Made by a program: the position numbers and the translations under genes
In this document: positions 30,830 to 39,693 of the stretch, one piece after another
Layout of the letters: the number at the start of each line of letters is the position of its first letter
Position numbering within the stretch: position 1 is the first letter of the stretch
Notes under the pieces: model-generated
Databases searched by the model: none
What the model was told of the DNA's origin: nothing
Seen by the model: the letters and a program-made list of their open reading frames with translations, nothing else
Origin: an uncultured bacterium
GTDB taxonomy: Bacteria; Schekmanbacteria; GWA2-38-11; J061
Assembly: GCA_964549305.1 (NCBI GenBank)
Contig: CAZJVM010000005.1
Coordinates: forward strand, 10,524-74,052
DNA: 63,529 bases
Reading direction: 5' to 3'

Positions 30830-32438
30830 TATTTTTCTCTCTAACCATTAAAACAAGGTCTTCATTTTCCCCTTTTTTAACGAGTTTATGGTCTGAAATT
30901 ATTTCGAACACATTATCCAAGTCTCTTTTTCTAAAAAGGTAGTACTCGTCATTTGCCGGATTTACATTATTCAAACGATAGGACAGCTGAAATATATGGT
31001 CAATCCGCTTTATTTTTCTTTCACTATAATAAATGAAACTTGCTTTGAAGAATTTATAAAAAATTATTTCATCTTCAGGCAAAGCTGATTTTTTCATGAG
31101 CAGGGCAAGAGATTTATTTGATTTATAATTATTGAAAGTATTGACGTTTGAAATTCCCACTAAGAAAAGCGCGATTATAAATACCAACAGCATTACGAAT
31201 ATTGCCGTCTTCTTTTTTAGATAAGTAAAAACTATCAGTGCTAAAATCCATATATTTAAAAAAATCAAGACTGAAAACACCAAAGGATCGCTTACATAAT
31301 TCATCACTTTGGAAACTATATCCGGAAAAAAAGTGAAAGAGGAAAAAACAAACAGGTTAATTGCAAGCAGGACAACGATCAGTCCGTATATGCTTCCTCT
31401 CACATACTTTATATCTTCCTTTTTAAGAAAATCCCTCCATCCTTTTCCGGCAAGTATTGCAAGAGGAGGATATATTGAAAGAATGTAGCTTGGAAGTTTT
31501 GATTTTGAGAGAGAGAAGAAAATAAAAATAGCGCAAACCCACACAATAAACGCCTTTATTTTGACAAACTCTGATTTGTCAGAGAAATTTCTTTTATTTA
31601 TGTGAAAAGGCAGAAAAATACTCCAGGGGAAAAAACCTCCAAGAATTACGGGAATATAATAAAAGATATTTCCGCTTCTTTCATGGACATTGGTAAAATA
31701 CCTCATTACATTTTCATAAATCAAATTGTCGTAAAGAAATCCCGGAGTTTTAAATGCGGAAATAATATACCAGGGCAAAATCACAACAAGGGCAAAAAGA
31801 ACTCCCGAAGGTCTTAAAAAATCTTTTATAAGGTTATAATCCCTGCAAAAGGCCAAATAGGCAAATATTACCAATCCGGGAACGATTATTCCGAGAGGAC
31901 CTTTTGACATAAAAGCAAAACCGATTGAGAGAAAAGATAAATATCTGAACAAATTACGGTTACCGGAGAGTTTAAAGGCAAAAATGAAAAAACATACTAT
32001 TGAAGATGTAACAAAAAAAGTAAGAACCATATCGGTAATAATTGCCCTGGAAAGCGCCATAAACTCCAGGCACGTTGCAAGAGTGAGAGCGGCAAAAATT
32101 CCCGACTCAAAACAGAAAAATTTTCTCCCCGCAAAAAATACTATAAGTACGCATCCTGCCCCAAAAAGAGCGGAAACATAACGAGGAGCATAATCCGCAC
32201 CGGAAAAAATTTTATAAGAAATTGCCGATAGCCAGAAAAAAAGAGGCGGTTTTTTGTTATAATCCTCATAATTGAGATTCGGAGTTATATAGTCTCCGCT
32301 TTCTATCATTTCTCTTGCTATTTCTGCATATCTTCCCTCATCGGGATCCCACAAATCTCTTTTTGACAACCCGAAAAAGAAAAGAAGAAAGACAAGAGAG
32401 ATCATAACAATTACAAGCAATAAACGACTTTTATTCAT
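30822..32438 (-). CDS. ArnT-like (GT83) lipid-linked glycosyltransferase
   Basis: LWDPDEGRYAEIAREM, KPPLFFW, KGP, SKSKLPSYI; about 13 TM helices. Confidence 0.9.
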   Translation of the reverse strand: MNKSRLLLVIVMISLVFLLFFFGLSKRDLWDPDEGRYAEIAREMIESGDYITPNLNYEDYNKKPPLFFWLSAISYKIFSGADYAPRYVSALFGAGCVLIVFFAGRKFFCFESGIFAALTLATCLEFMALSRAIITDMVLTFFVTSSIVCFFIFAFKLSGNRNLFRYLSFLSIGFAFMSKGPLGIIVPGLVIFAYLAFCRDYNLIKDFLRPSGVLFALVVILPWYIISAFKTPGFLYDNLIYENVMRYFTNVHERSGNIFYYIPVILGGFFPWSIFLPFHINKRNFSDKSEFVKIKAFIVWVCAIFIFFSLSKSKLPSYILSIYPPLAILAGKGWRDFLKKEDIKYVRGSIYGLIVVLLAINLFVFSSFTFFPDIVSKVMNYVSDPLVFSVLIFLNIWILALIVFTYLKKKTAIFVMLLVFIIALFLVGISNVNTFNNYKSNKSLALLMKKSALPEDEIIFYKFFKASFIYYSERKIKRIDHIFQLSYRLNNVNPANDEYYLFRKRDLDNVFEIISDHKLVKKGENEDLVLMVREKNNG

Positions 32439-32674
32439 ATCCGGTGAATTTTCCGTGAAAAATATTTTAAAGCTTTGAATCTATTTTAAAAGTGTTTTTC
32501 AGTCAAATCAAATAAAGCTTTTCTCCTGTATTTTGGTTCAACTGCAAATTATTTCAAAAAAAATATACGGTCTTAAAACCCCCGAAGAGGAAATCTTTTT
32601 TGTCAGTAAAGGGAGAAATAAGACGATGAAAATACTGCCCAAGGCGGCAATAATTATCAAATAAATCTGAATGT

Positions 32675-32702
32675 TAAACATAAAGCGATGAAAAACCGAT
32701 TA
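32675..32702 (+). promoter_or_regulatory. Candidate sigma28 (FliA) promoter upstream of cheY
   Basis: TAAA (32675-78)-N16-ACCGATTA (32695-702), against consensus TAAA-N15-GCCGATAA. Confidence 0.35.
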
Positions 32703-32781
32703 ATAATGTCCAGTTTTTGAAACAAGAGGAATCTACAGGACTGCAATTGTGAAATAAATATAAATTTTCAAGGAGGAAAAA

Positions 32782-33153
32782 ATGAATGTAATGATAGTTG
32801 ATGACTCCTCTGTGATGAGGAAAATACTGACAAGGACATTAAGGCAATCTGACCTGGTAGTAGATGAAATCCTTGAAGCATCAAACGGAGAGGAGGCACT
32901 TGAAAAACTGAAACAGCAACCCGTTGAACTTGTCCTTTGCGACGTAAACATGCCAAAACTCAACGGACTTCAGTTTGTTCAAACCGTAAAGAAAGAAAAT
33001 ATATCGCCGGCCACTAAAATAGTAATGGTAACAAGCGAAGGCGGACTCGACACTGTTAACGAAGCGGTGGAAAACGGAGCGAAGGGATTCATCATAAAGC
33101 CTTTTTCCGCTGACGATTTTAAAAAGAAAATCGAACATCTATGTGCCGCCTGA
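32782..33153 (+). CDS. cheY: Chemotaxis response regulator
   Basis: Stand-alone receiver (VDDS, CDVNMP, VTS, KPF) heading a che cluster; RBS AGGAGG. Confidence 0.9.
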   Translation: MNVMIVDDSSVMRKILTRTLRQSDLVVDEILEASNGEEALEKLKQQPVELVLCDVNMPKLNGLQFVQTVKKENISPATKIVMVTSEGGLDTVNEAVENGAKGFIIKPFSADDFKKKIEHLCAA

Positions 33154-33208
33154 AAAAGAAAATCATAAACTATTAATTTTAACGGCGATTTAAAAAAGGT
33201 ATTTTCAA

Positions 33209-33694
33209 ATGGAAAATATTTTCAAAATGCTTTCTGAATCAACTAAAGAAGTTTTCCACACAATGATGTCTCTCGAGATAAACGTGCATAACGAACAACT
33301 TGCCGAATTATCAGAAAAAATACATTTAAGCTCAATAATCACACTTGACGGTACAGTTAAAGGAGCAATTGTTTTTCACTGCACCAATAAGCTTGCCCTT
33401 CAAATAACCTCATCACTTCTCGACGAAGAAAAACCCGAGTCTCTCAATGAAATGGATATTCGGGACGCAATCGCGGAAGTAACGAACATCATCGCGGGAA
33501 ATTTAAAAACCAAAGTGTCCGATCTTGGACATTCCTTTTCGATTTCCCTTCCCAAAACAATGAATTGGCAGGAGTATCTCGATGAAACGAAATACATATC
33601 AAAAGAGAGAATAATTAAGTTTAAGTCAAAGGAAGAATATTTCTTTCTCGAACTTCTATCGGAAAACAAAGAAAAAATGAAAAAAGCTTCTTAA
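33209..33694 (+). CDS. cheX: CheX family CheY-P phosphatase
   Basis: EVF..M, G...G, and DAIAEVTNIIAG (ExxN) followed by SISLP. Confidence 0.85.
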   Translation: MENIFKMLSESTKEVFHTMMSLEINVHNEQLAELSEKIHLSSIITLDGTVKGAIVFHCTNKLALQITSSLLDEEKPESLNEMDIRDAIAEVTNIIAGNLKTKVSDLGHSFSISLPKTMNWQEYLDETKYISKERIIKFKSKEEYFFLELLSENKEKMKKAS

Positions 33695-33704
33695 AGGTAC
33701 CCAT

Positions 33705-34709
33705 ATGGATAACGATTTAATTGAAAAAATTGAAGACAATATATCCGACACGTTGGAAGGGTTTAGCAACGACCTGGATGAAATATTTAAAACTTTCACG
33801 GACAAACCCTTTAAGTCAACGCATATTAAAACAAAACTCATAACCGGCAGTGAATTCCTAAGTGCCGAAGACAACAGCAAAGCGGTAATACTCAATCTTG
33901 ATTCCGATGATGAAATCAAAGGAAATATATTCGTCACATTCAGCTTTAAAGAGGTTTGCACCATATCGGGACTTGTAAACGGGCTTTCCGAATCTTCAAT
34001 AAAGGAAAAACTCGAAAGCGGCAACTATGACGATAACGACATCGATACTGTTTCGGAAATTGCAAATCAGGTTGCATCAAAATTAAATAACAGCTTCAAC
34101 CCCTCAACCAAAAAAAAGATACACTTAGTCAAAACAGAGCATATTATCAATGGTGACGGGGAAGAAGGCAAAAGCAATCCCGTTGAAAGCGACACGCAAT
34201 ATTTTTCCACAAATTTTTCCGTGACTCTTGAGGGCAAAGAGCTCGGTTTCGTATTTATCCTGATGCCTCTCGAAATATCGGCTGAAATAGCGGGAGTATC
34301 GGAAGAGGGCACGGAAAAAAGCGAATCCACAAGCCCCGGCAAGATAAAAAAAATTATTGTGTTAGCAAAGGAGCTTGATTCAGAGTCTGAAAGTTCATAC
34401 AGCGAAGCGGCAAACAACATGAAAGCGGAAATGGTATCATGCCCGCTGGAGTCGAACATCGATGAGAATAGTGAATTGAAGGAAGCTGACATTATCTTCG
34501 TAGATTTCGAAGAAGACCCGGAAAAAGGAATATCAATCTGCAAAGAATTGATAAGTGCATCGGGAAAGAGCAAAAAGATAATCTTATCCTCTAAAAACAT
34601 CACTAAAGAAATACTTATGCAGGCTCTATCAACAGGAGTTTCCGATATCATTGTCAAGCCGGCTTCAAGCGAAACCATTTTAAAAAAAGTCAAAATGAAC
34701 GCGGAGTAA
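33705..34709 (+). CDS. CheC/CheX-like phosphatase domain fused to a C-terminal atypical receiver domain
   Basis: DTVSEIANQ (ExxN). The C-terminal ADIIFVD...ILSS...A...GVSDIIVKP lacks the acidic pair after beta1. Confidence 0.65.
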   Translation: MDNDLIEKIEDNISDTLEGFSNDLDEIFKTFTDKPFKSTHIKTKLITGSEFLSAEDNSKAVILNLDSDDEIKGNIFVTFSFKEVCTISGLVNGLSESSIKEKLESGNYDDNDIDTVSEIANQVASKLNNSFNPSTKKKIHLVKTEHIINGDGEEGKSNPVESDTQYFSTNFSVTLEGKELGFVFILMPLEISAEIAGVSEEGTEKSESTSPGKIKKIIVLAKELDSESESSYSEAANNMKAEMVSCPLESNIDENSELKEADIIFVDFEEDPEKGISICKELISASGKSKKIILSSKNITKEILMQALSTGVSDIIVKPASSETILKKVKMNAE

Positions 34710-34712
34710 TTT

Positions 34713-37358
34713 ATGCCTGACGATTCAAAAGAAAATATAGAAAGAATTTTAAATCAAATTAACGCTCTTATGCTTGCATCAGATACAGATGACGCACTTT
34801 TTCTGAGCAATGAGTTTGCGGAAAAGTTAAAGGAAATGGGCGGTCTCCTTGAAAAGAGCGATAAGGATGCTCTGAGGACTTTGTCAAAGGATATTACTGC
34901 TGTTGTCAAGCAAGTTGAGCAGTCTAATCCTCCCGATACCATCCCGGAGGATTTTGTAAAGAAAACGAAAGCTAAAATTTCAGAAATAGAGTCAATTATT
35001 CAGGAAAAAGCGCTTCAAGAGGATAATAGTAAAAGCACAAACGGTGAATCAATATCTATTTCCGAAGAAGACCTTGAACTGTTCGACGATTTTTTAACTG
35101 AAAGCAGAGAGCATCTGCAAAAAATAGAAGAAGTAATCATAGAGCTTGAAAATAACACCGATGATAAAGAGCTTATTAACGGTGTTTTTCGCGCATTTCA
35201 CACAATCAAGGGAAATTCTGCGTTTCTTGATTTGAAGTCAATAAATGTCCTCTCTCACAGGAGTGAAAACCTGCTCGATGCCCTGAGAAACGATAAAATT
35301 CAATTCACTCCGGAGTTGACAGATATTATTTTGGAGTCCGTTGACCTGCTGAAAAAGATGCTCATCTCCCTGGAAGAATGCATCGGCCAAAAAAAAACTT
35401 ACAAAAACGAGGAAGACATAAATAGTATTTTAGAAAAAATAGAAAAAGCTATTAGTCCTTCCCCTGCTGAAAAAATAGCTGAAGTCAAATCCTCTGAATC
35501 AATAAAGGGAGAAAAAACCGCAGATAAGAAAGAGGAAATATCGTCGGATAAACCGTTTATCCTTTTTTCAGAAGATACGGACAAAAGCTTTCTCCCGGAT
35601 TTCGTAACGGAATGCAGAGAATATTTGGAAAATGCCGAATCCGCTCTATTGGAGCTTGAATCAGACCCTAAAAACTCAGATGCCGTAAATACGGTTTTCA
35701 GGGCATTTCACACCATAAAAGGTACTTCATCCTTTCTTGGAATAATACCTGTATCTGAACTTTGCCACAAGGTCGAATCTCTTCTGATACCGATTAGAGA
35801 CGGCCTTATATCGTTTACGGAAGGATATGCGGACCTTTCGTTAAGAGGAATAGACCTCCTTAAAGAATTAATCGCATTGGCGGAGAATCCGGAACCGGAA
35901 ATCGCTGAACCTGACGACTTCGGGCAATACCTGAAAGACCTCGATAATCTTGACAATGTATTGTCAAAAAATGACGATGATGACGCGCATATTCCTAAGA
36001 TAGGCGAAATACTTCTCGGCGAAGGTAAAGTTTCAAAAGATGACATTGAAAAAGCGTCATCCTCCCCGTCAAACGAACCTATCGGCGTAAAACTCATAAA
36101 AAACGGATTGGCATCCACCCAGGATGTTGCCAAGGCATTGCGCAAGCAAAGGAAAATAGCCAACAACAATCATCACGAATCATCGGTGCGCGTGAGAACT
36201 GACCGGCTCGACAAACTCATAGATATGGTCGGAGAGCTTGTAATCTCCCATTCAATGATCGCGCAGGACTCCTTTTCCGTAGATTCGGGCGACAACGGCT
36301 TTCAAAAGAAGGTCTCCCACTCAGGAAAAATTGTGAGAGAACTTCAGGATTTAAGCCTTGCAATAAGAATGGTCCCTATGAAGCCGACTTTCCAGAAAAT
36401 GGTCAGACTCGTGAGAGACCTTTCGAGAAAAAGTGACAAAACCATCAACTTCATTACAAATGGCGAAGAAACGGAAATTGACAGACATATGGTTGATGTC
36501 ATCAACGACCCCCTTGTACATCTTTTAAGAAATTCCGTTGACCACGGAGTGGAAAACAGTGAGGTGAGAGCGCAGTGGGGAAAAAAAGCCGAAGGCACAA
36601 TATCGCTCTCCGCCTACCACTCAGGAGGCAATGTGGTCATTGAAATTCACGACGACGGCAAAGGCCTTGACCGGGACAAAATACTCGAAAAAGCCATAAG
36701 CAAAGGATTTGTAAAACCAGGAATGAATTTGACAGACCAGGAGATATTCGATTTCATTTTTATGCCCGGTTTCTCAACTGCCGAAAAGGTCACCGAAATA
36801 TCCGGACGGGGAGTGGGTCTCGATGTGGTGAAAAAAAACATAGAATCCCTTAAAGGCAAAATTCATTTACTCTCGGAAAAGGGCAAAGGATCTACCTTTG
36901 TAATATATTTGCCTCTCACGATGGCGATTACCGACGGTATGCTGGTTAAGGTAGGCAATCAGAGATTTATAATCCCCACTATTAACATATCCATGAGTTA
37001 TCGCCCGGAAAAGAACGCAATATCAACGATTGCCGGAAAAGGCGAAATAGTGAAGTTTAAAGATAAGATTTTACCTCTTTTCAGGCTTTCTACAATTTTC
37101 GGAATTTCCAATGGCACTGAAAATGCTTCAGAGAACATATTCGTAATAATTAACGACAATCAAAATTCCTATGTGCTGGCAGTTGACGAACTTCTCGGTC
37201 AACAGCAGGTTGTGGCAAAGTCCCTTGAATGCGGATTAGTAAAGATACCTGTAGTTTCAGGCGGAGCAATACTTTCTGACGGAAAAGTAGGAATTATTCT
37301 TGACCCGACAGGAATCTATAAGATGGCCACTAACTACAAAGCTAAAGAAATAGCATAA
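34713..37358 (+). CDS. cheA: Chemotaxis histidine kinase with two Hpt domains and an MshEN-like insert
   Basis: Two FRAFHTIKG motifs, VRV..DRLD.LIDMVGELVI, RNSVDHG, DDGKG, SGRGVGLDVV and a C-terminal CheW domain. Confidence 0.95.
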   Translation: MPDDSKENIERILNQINALMLASDTDDALFLSNEFAEKLKEMGGLLEKSDKDALRTLSKDITAVVKQVEQSNPPDTIPEDFVKKTKAKISEIESIIQEKALQEDNSKSTNGESISISEEDLELFDDFLTESREHLQKIEEVIIELENNTDDKELINGVFRAFHTIKGNSAFLDLKSINVLSHRSENLLDALRNDKIQFTPELTDIILESVDLLKKMLISLEECIGQKKTYKNEEDINSILEKIEKAISPSPAEKIAEVKSSESIKGEKTADKKEEISSDKPFILFSEDTDKSFLPDFVTECREYLENAESALLELESDPKNSDAVNTVFRAFHTIKGTSSFLGIIPVSELCHKVESLLIPIRDGLISFTEGYADLSLRGIDLLKELIALAENPEPEIAEPDDFGQYLKDLDNLDNVLSKNDDDDAHIPKIGEILLGEGKVSKDDIEKASSSPSNEPIGVKLIKNGLASTQDVAKALRKQRKIANNNHHESSVRVRTDRLDKLIDMVGELVISHSMIAQDSFSVDSGDNGFQKKVSHSGKIVRELQDLSLAIRMVPMKPTFQKMVRLVRDLSRKSDKTINFITNGEETEIDRHMVDVINDPLVHLLRNSVDHGVENSEVRAQWGKKAEGTISLSAYHSGGNVVIEIHDDGKGLDRDKILEKAISKGFVKPGMNLTDQEIFDFIFMPGFSTAEKVTEISGRGVGLDVVKKNIESLKGKIHLLSEKGKGSTFVIYLPLTMAITDGMLVKVGNQRFIIPTINISMSYRPEKNAISTIAGKGEIVKFKDKILPLFRLSTIFGISNGTENASENIFVIINDNQNSYVLAVDELLGQQQVVAKSLECGLVKIPVVSGGAILSDGKVGIILDPTGIYKMATNYKAKEIA

Positions 37359-37381
37359 TTTTTTTTTGAAAGGAAAATACA

Positions 37382-37930
37382 ATGGAAAAAAATGTAAACG
37401 AACAGTCATTGAAAAATTCCGGCATCGAAAATAATAACGCAAAGGGCGGAAAGTTTCTTACATTCTTTCTCGGCAATGAAGAATACGGTCTTCCGATACT
37501 TTCCGTTCAGGAGATAATCGCCCTTCTTCCCATTACTCCCGTGCCGCGAACTCCGGATTTTTTTAAAGGTCTTACAAATCTTCGCGGAAAAATCATTCCC
37601 GTAATGGATCTGAGAATTAAATTCGGAATGGAAGCGAACGAACCTACAGAGGAAACATGCATAATCGTTGTCAGAACGGCAAACCATCTAATCGGAATTA
37701 TTGTAGATAAGGTGTCGGAGGTTAAAAACATTCACGATGAACAAATAGATGAACCTCCCGAATTCGGTAAAAATGCCATCTCGGAATACCTGTTTGGAAT
37801 AGGAAAATCAGATGATTCGGTAATTCTTCTTGTCAATATCGAAGAAGTGGTAAGCACTGCCGAGATTTCAGAAGTCAATTCCGACAGGGTTGATGATGAT
37901 TCTCTCGAAGCGGATGAAAATATTTCTTAA
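37382..37930 (+). CDS. cheW: Chemotaxis coupling protein
   Basis: FLTF.LG.EEYG, TPVP..P.F.KG..NLRGKIIPVMDLR, IVD.V.EV. Confidence 0.95.
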   Translation: MEKNVNEQSLKNSGIENNNAKGGKFLTFFLGNEEYGLPILSVQEIIALLPITPVPRTPDFFKGLTNLRGKIIPVMDLRIKFGMEANEPTEETCIIVVRTANHLIGIIVDKVSEVKNIHDEQIDEPPEFGKNAISEYLFGIGKSDDSVILLVNIEEVVSTAEISEVNSDRVDDDSLEADENIS

Positions 37931-37951
37931 CCGTATAATCAGGAGATTTCC

Positions 37952-38278
37952 GTGAAGCCGAAAGGTATAAAACTTACGGTAACGAAAAAAATAGGGGGTT
38001 TTTTCCTGTTGGCATCTCTTCTCCTCGCTCCTTTTGCAATATACAATTATGGGCTTTTTTATAACCGGCACGATATTGCATCCAATACGCAAACATGCGT
38101 TGCGGCGACAGAGGGGTTATCGAGTTTTTCCCATGAAACTCTGTCCATAATATCCGATTTTAAACTCTCCGAAGATAACGGCAAAAACGAAAACTCTTCT
38201 GACTCATCACGGACGGGCAATTCCGCCACAATATCGTTTAATGAATTCAAGTATGACAAAAATAAGAAAGCCTCCTGA
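37952..38278 (+). CDS. Truncated 'mini-MCP' (TM1 fused to the MCP C-terminal helix); possibly a pseudogene
   Basis: MCP-type N-terminus (KLTVTKKI then TM). Its segment ...ATEGLSSFSHETLSIISDFKLSE aligns with the C-terminus of the MCP at 41751. It sits in the MCP slot between cheW and cheR and has an AGGAG RBS. Confidence 0.6.
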   Translation: MKPKGIKLTVTKKIGGFFLLASLLLAPFAIYNYGLFYNRHDIASNTQTCVAATEGLSSFSHETLSIISDFKLSEDNGKNENSSDSSRTGNSATISFNEFKYDKNKKAS

Positions 38279-38295
38279 AAAAGAGTTGTGAAATA

Positions 38296-39138
38296 ATGAA
38301 AGATTTGACTTTTAACAGATTCGAATACGAAAAGCTGGTTAAAACCGTAAAGACAATGAGTGGTATTAACCTGATTAAAGACAAAGACTCTATGGTCAAA
38401 TCAAGACTCCTGAAGCGCCTGAAAATCCTTAAATTCAACTCATTCGCAGAATACATCCATTATTATGAAAGCGATAAAAGCGGTGAGGAAATGCAGAAAA
38501 TCGTAGAAATTCTTACCACAAATAAAACGGATTTTTTCAGGGAAATTCAACATTTCGATTTTCTGGAAAAGAAGTTAATGCCTCTGATGAAAAACAAACC
38601 TTATCGCATTTGGAGCGCGGGATGCTCTTCGGGAGAAGAGCCCTATTCGCTTGCCATGCATATTCAAAGCAAAATGAATATGATCGAGCGCGCCGATATA
38701 AAAATACTCGCCACTGATATCTCCTCAAAAATGCTCGAGAAAGCGAGAGAAGCAATTTATGAAAAGGAACAAACCAAGGACATCCCCGAACCATTTTTAA
38801 AAAAATACTTTTCTCAAATAGAAAACGATAAAAACGAACGATATCAGATCTCAAAAGACTTAAAGGAAATGATTTCCTTTGCAAAATTAAATCTTGTTCA
38901 GCAATGGCCAATGCGCGGCAATTTCGATTTAATTTTATGCCGCAACGTTATGATCTATTTTGACAGAGAGACAAGGGAAGATTTAATCAACCGGTTCTGG
39001 AATATGCTTGGAGACGGCGGATTTTTATTCGTAGGACATTCCGAGAATCTTACGGGAATTACTTCATCCTTCGCCTATGAAGCACCGGCAATATATCAAA
39101 AATATGAAAACAGGGAACATAAAAGGACCATTAAATGA
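38296..39138 (+). CDS. cheR: Chemotaxis protein methyltransferase
   Basis: TTNKTDFFRE..HF, RIWSAGCSSGEEPYS, ATDIS, CRNVMIYFD, GHSE. Confidence 0.96.
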   Translation: MKDLTFNRFEYEKLVKTVKTMSGINLIKDKDSMVKSRLLKRLKILKFNSFAEYIHYYESDKSGEEMQKIVEILTTNKTDFFREIQHFDFLEKKLMPLMKNKPYRIWSAGCSSGEEPYSLAMHIQSKMNMIERADIKILATDISSKMLEKAREAIYEKEQTKDIPEPFLKKYFSQIENDKNERYQISKDLKEMISFAKLNLVQQWPMRGNFDLILCRNVMIYFDRETREDLINRFWNMLGDGGFLFVGHSENLTGITSSFAYEAPAIYQKYENREHKRTIK

Positions 39139-39659
39139 TTAATACTGTCGGATTAGCGGATATGAAAATATCTTCGGCAAAAGAAGATATTATTATTACT
39201 CACGGGTTGGGAAGCTGTCTCGGAGTTACCGTTTATGACCCCCTTTCCCATGTGGGGGGGATGATTCATATAATGCTGCCCCTTTCAAGTATCAATCCGG
39301 AAAACGCAAAAACCAGACCCTATATGTTTGTAGATACGGGCATACCAAAGCTATTTATAAAGTGCTACGAACTTGGCGCCTGCAAGGAGAGAATGATAGT
39401 AACTGTCGCGGGAGGGTCAAACCCACTTGGCGCAAACGGAAGTGATTTTTTCAACATAGGCGAGCGCAACTTTGACATTCTCAAGAGACTGTTAGAGAAA
39501 AACAATATCATGCTGAGAGCTTATGATGTGGGAGGCACCCAGTCGCGGACAATGTCCATTAACATAGAAACAGGAACGGTAAATTTAAAATTAAACGGTT
39601 ATGAAAAGAAGGTTTTATATGACGGTCACGGAGAACAAAAATTAACTCAGGAACTTTAA
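39135..39659 (+). CDS. cheD: Chemoreceptor glutamine deamidase
   Basis: GLGSC, GGM.H.MLP, IGERN, DVGG..SR. Confidence 0.94.
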   Translation: MINTVGLADMKISSAKEDIIITHGLGSCLGVTVYDPLSHVGGMIHIMLPLSSINPENAKTRPYMFVDTGIPKLFIKCYELGACKERMIVTVAGGSNPLGANGSDFFNIGERNFDILKRLLEKNNIMLRAYDVGGTQSRTMSINIETGTVNLKLNGYEKKVLYDGHGEQKLTQEL

Positions 39660-39693
39660 ACGGATTAAGAATAATTTTTAAGGAGAAATCGCT

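Noticed and set aside
35050-35950. Internal repeat in cheA as an assembly duplication
   Set aside because: The two Hpt copies are well diverged in DNA and protein outside the FRAFHTIKG core, so this is an old domain duplication.
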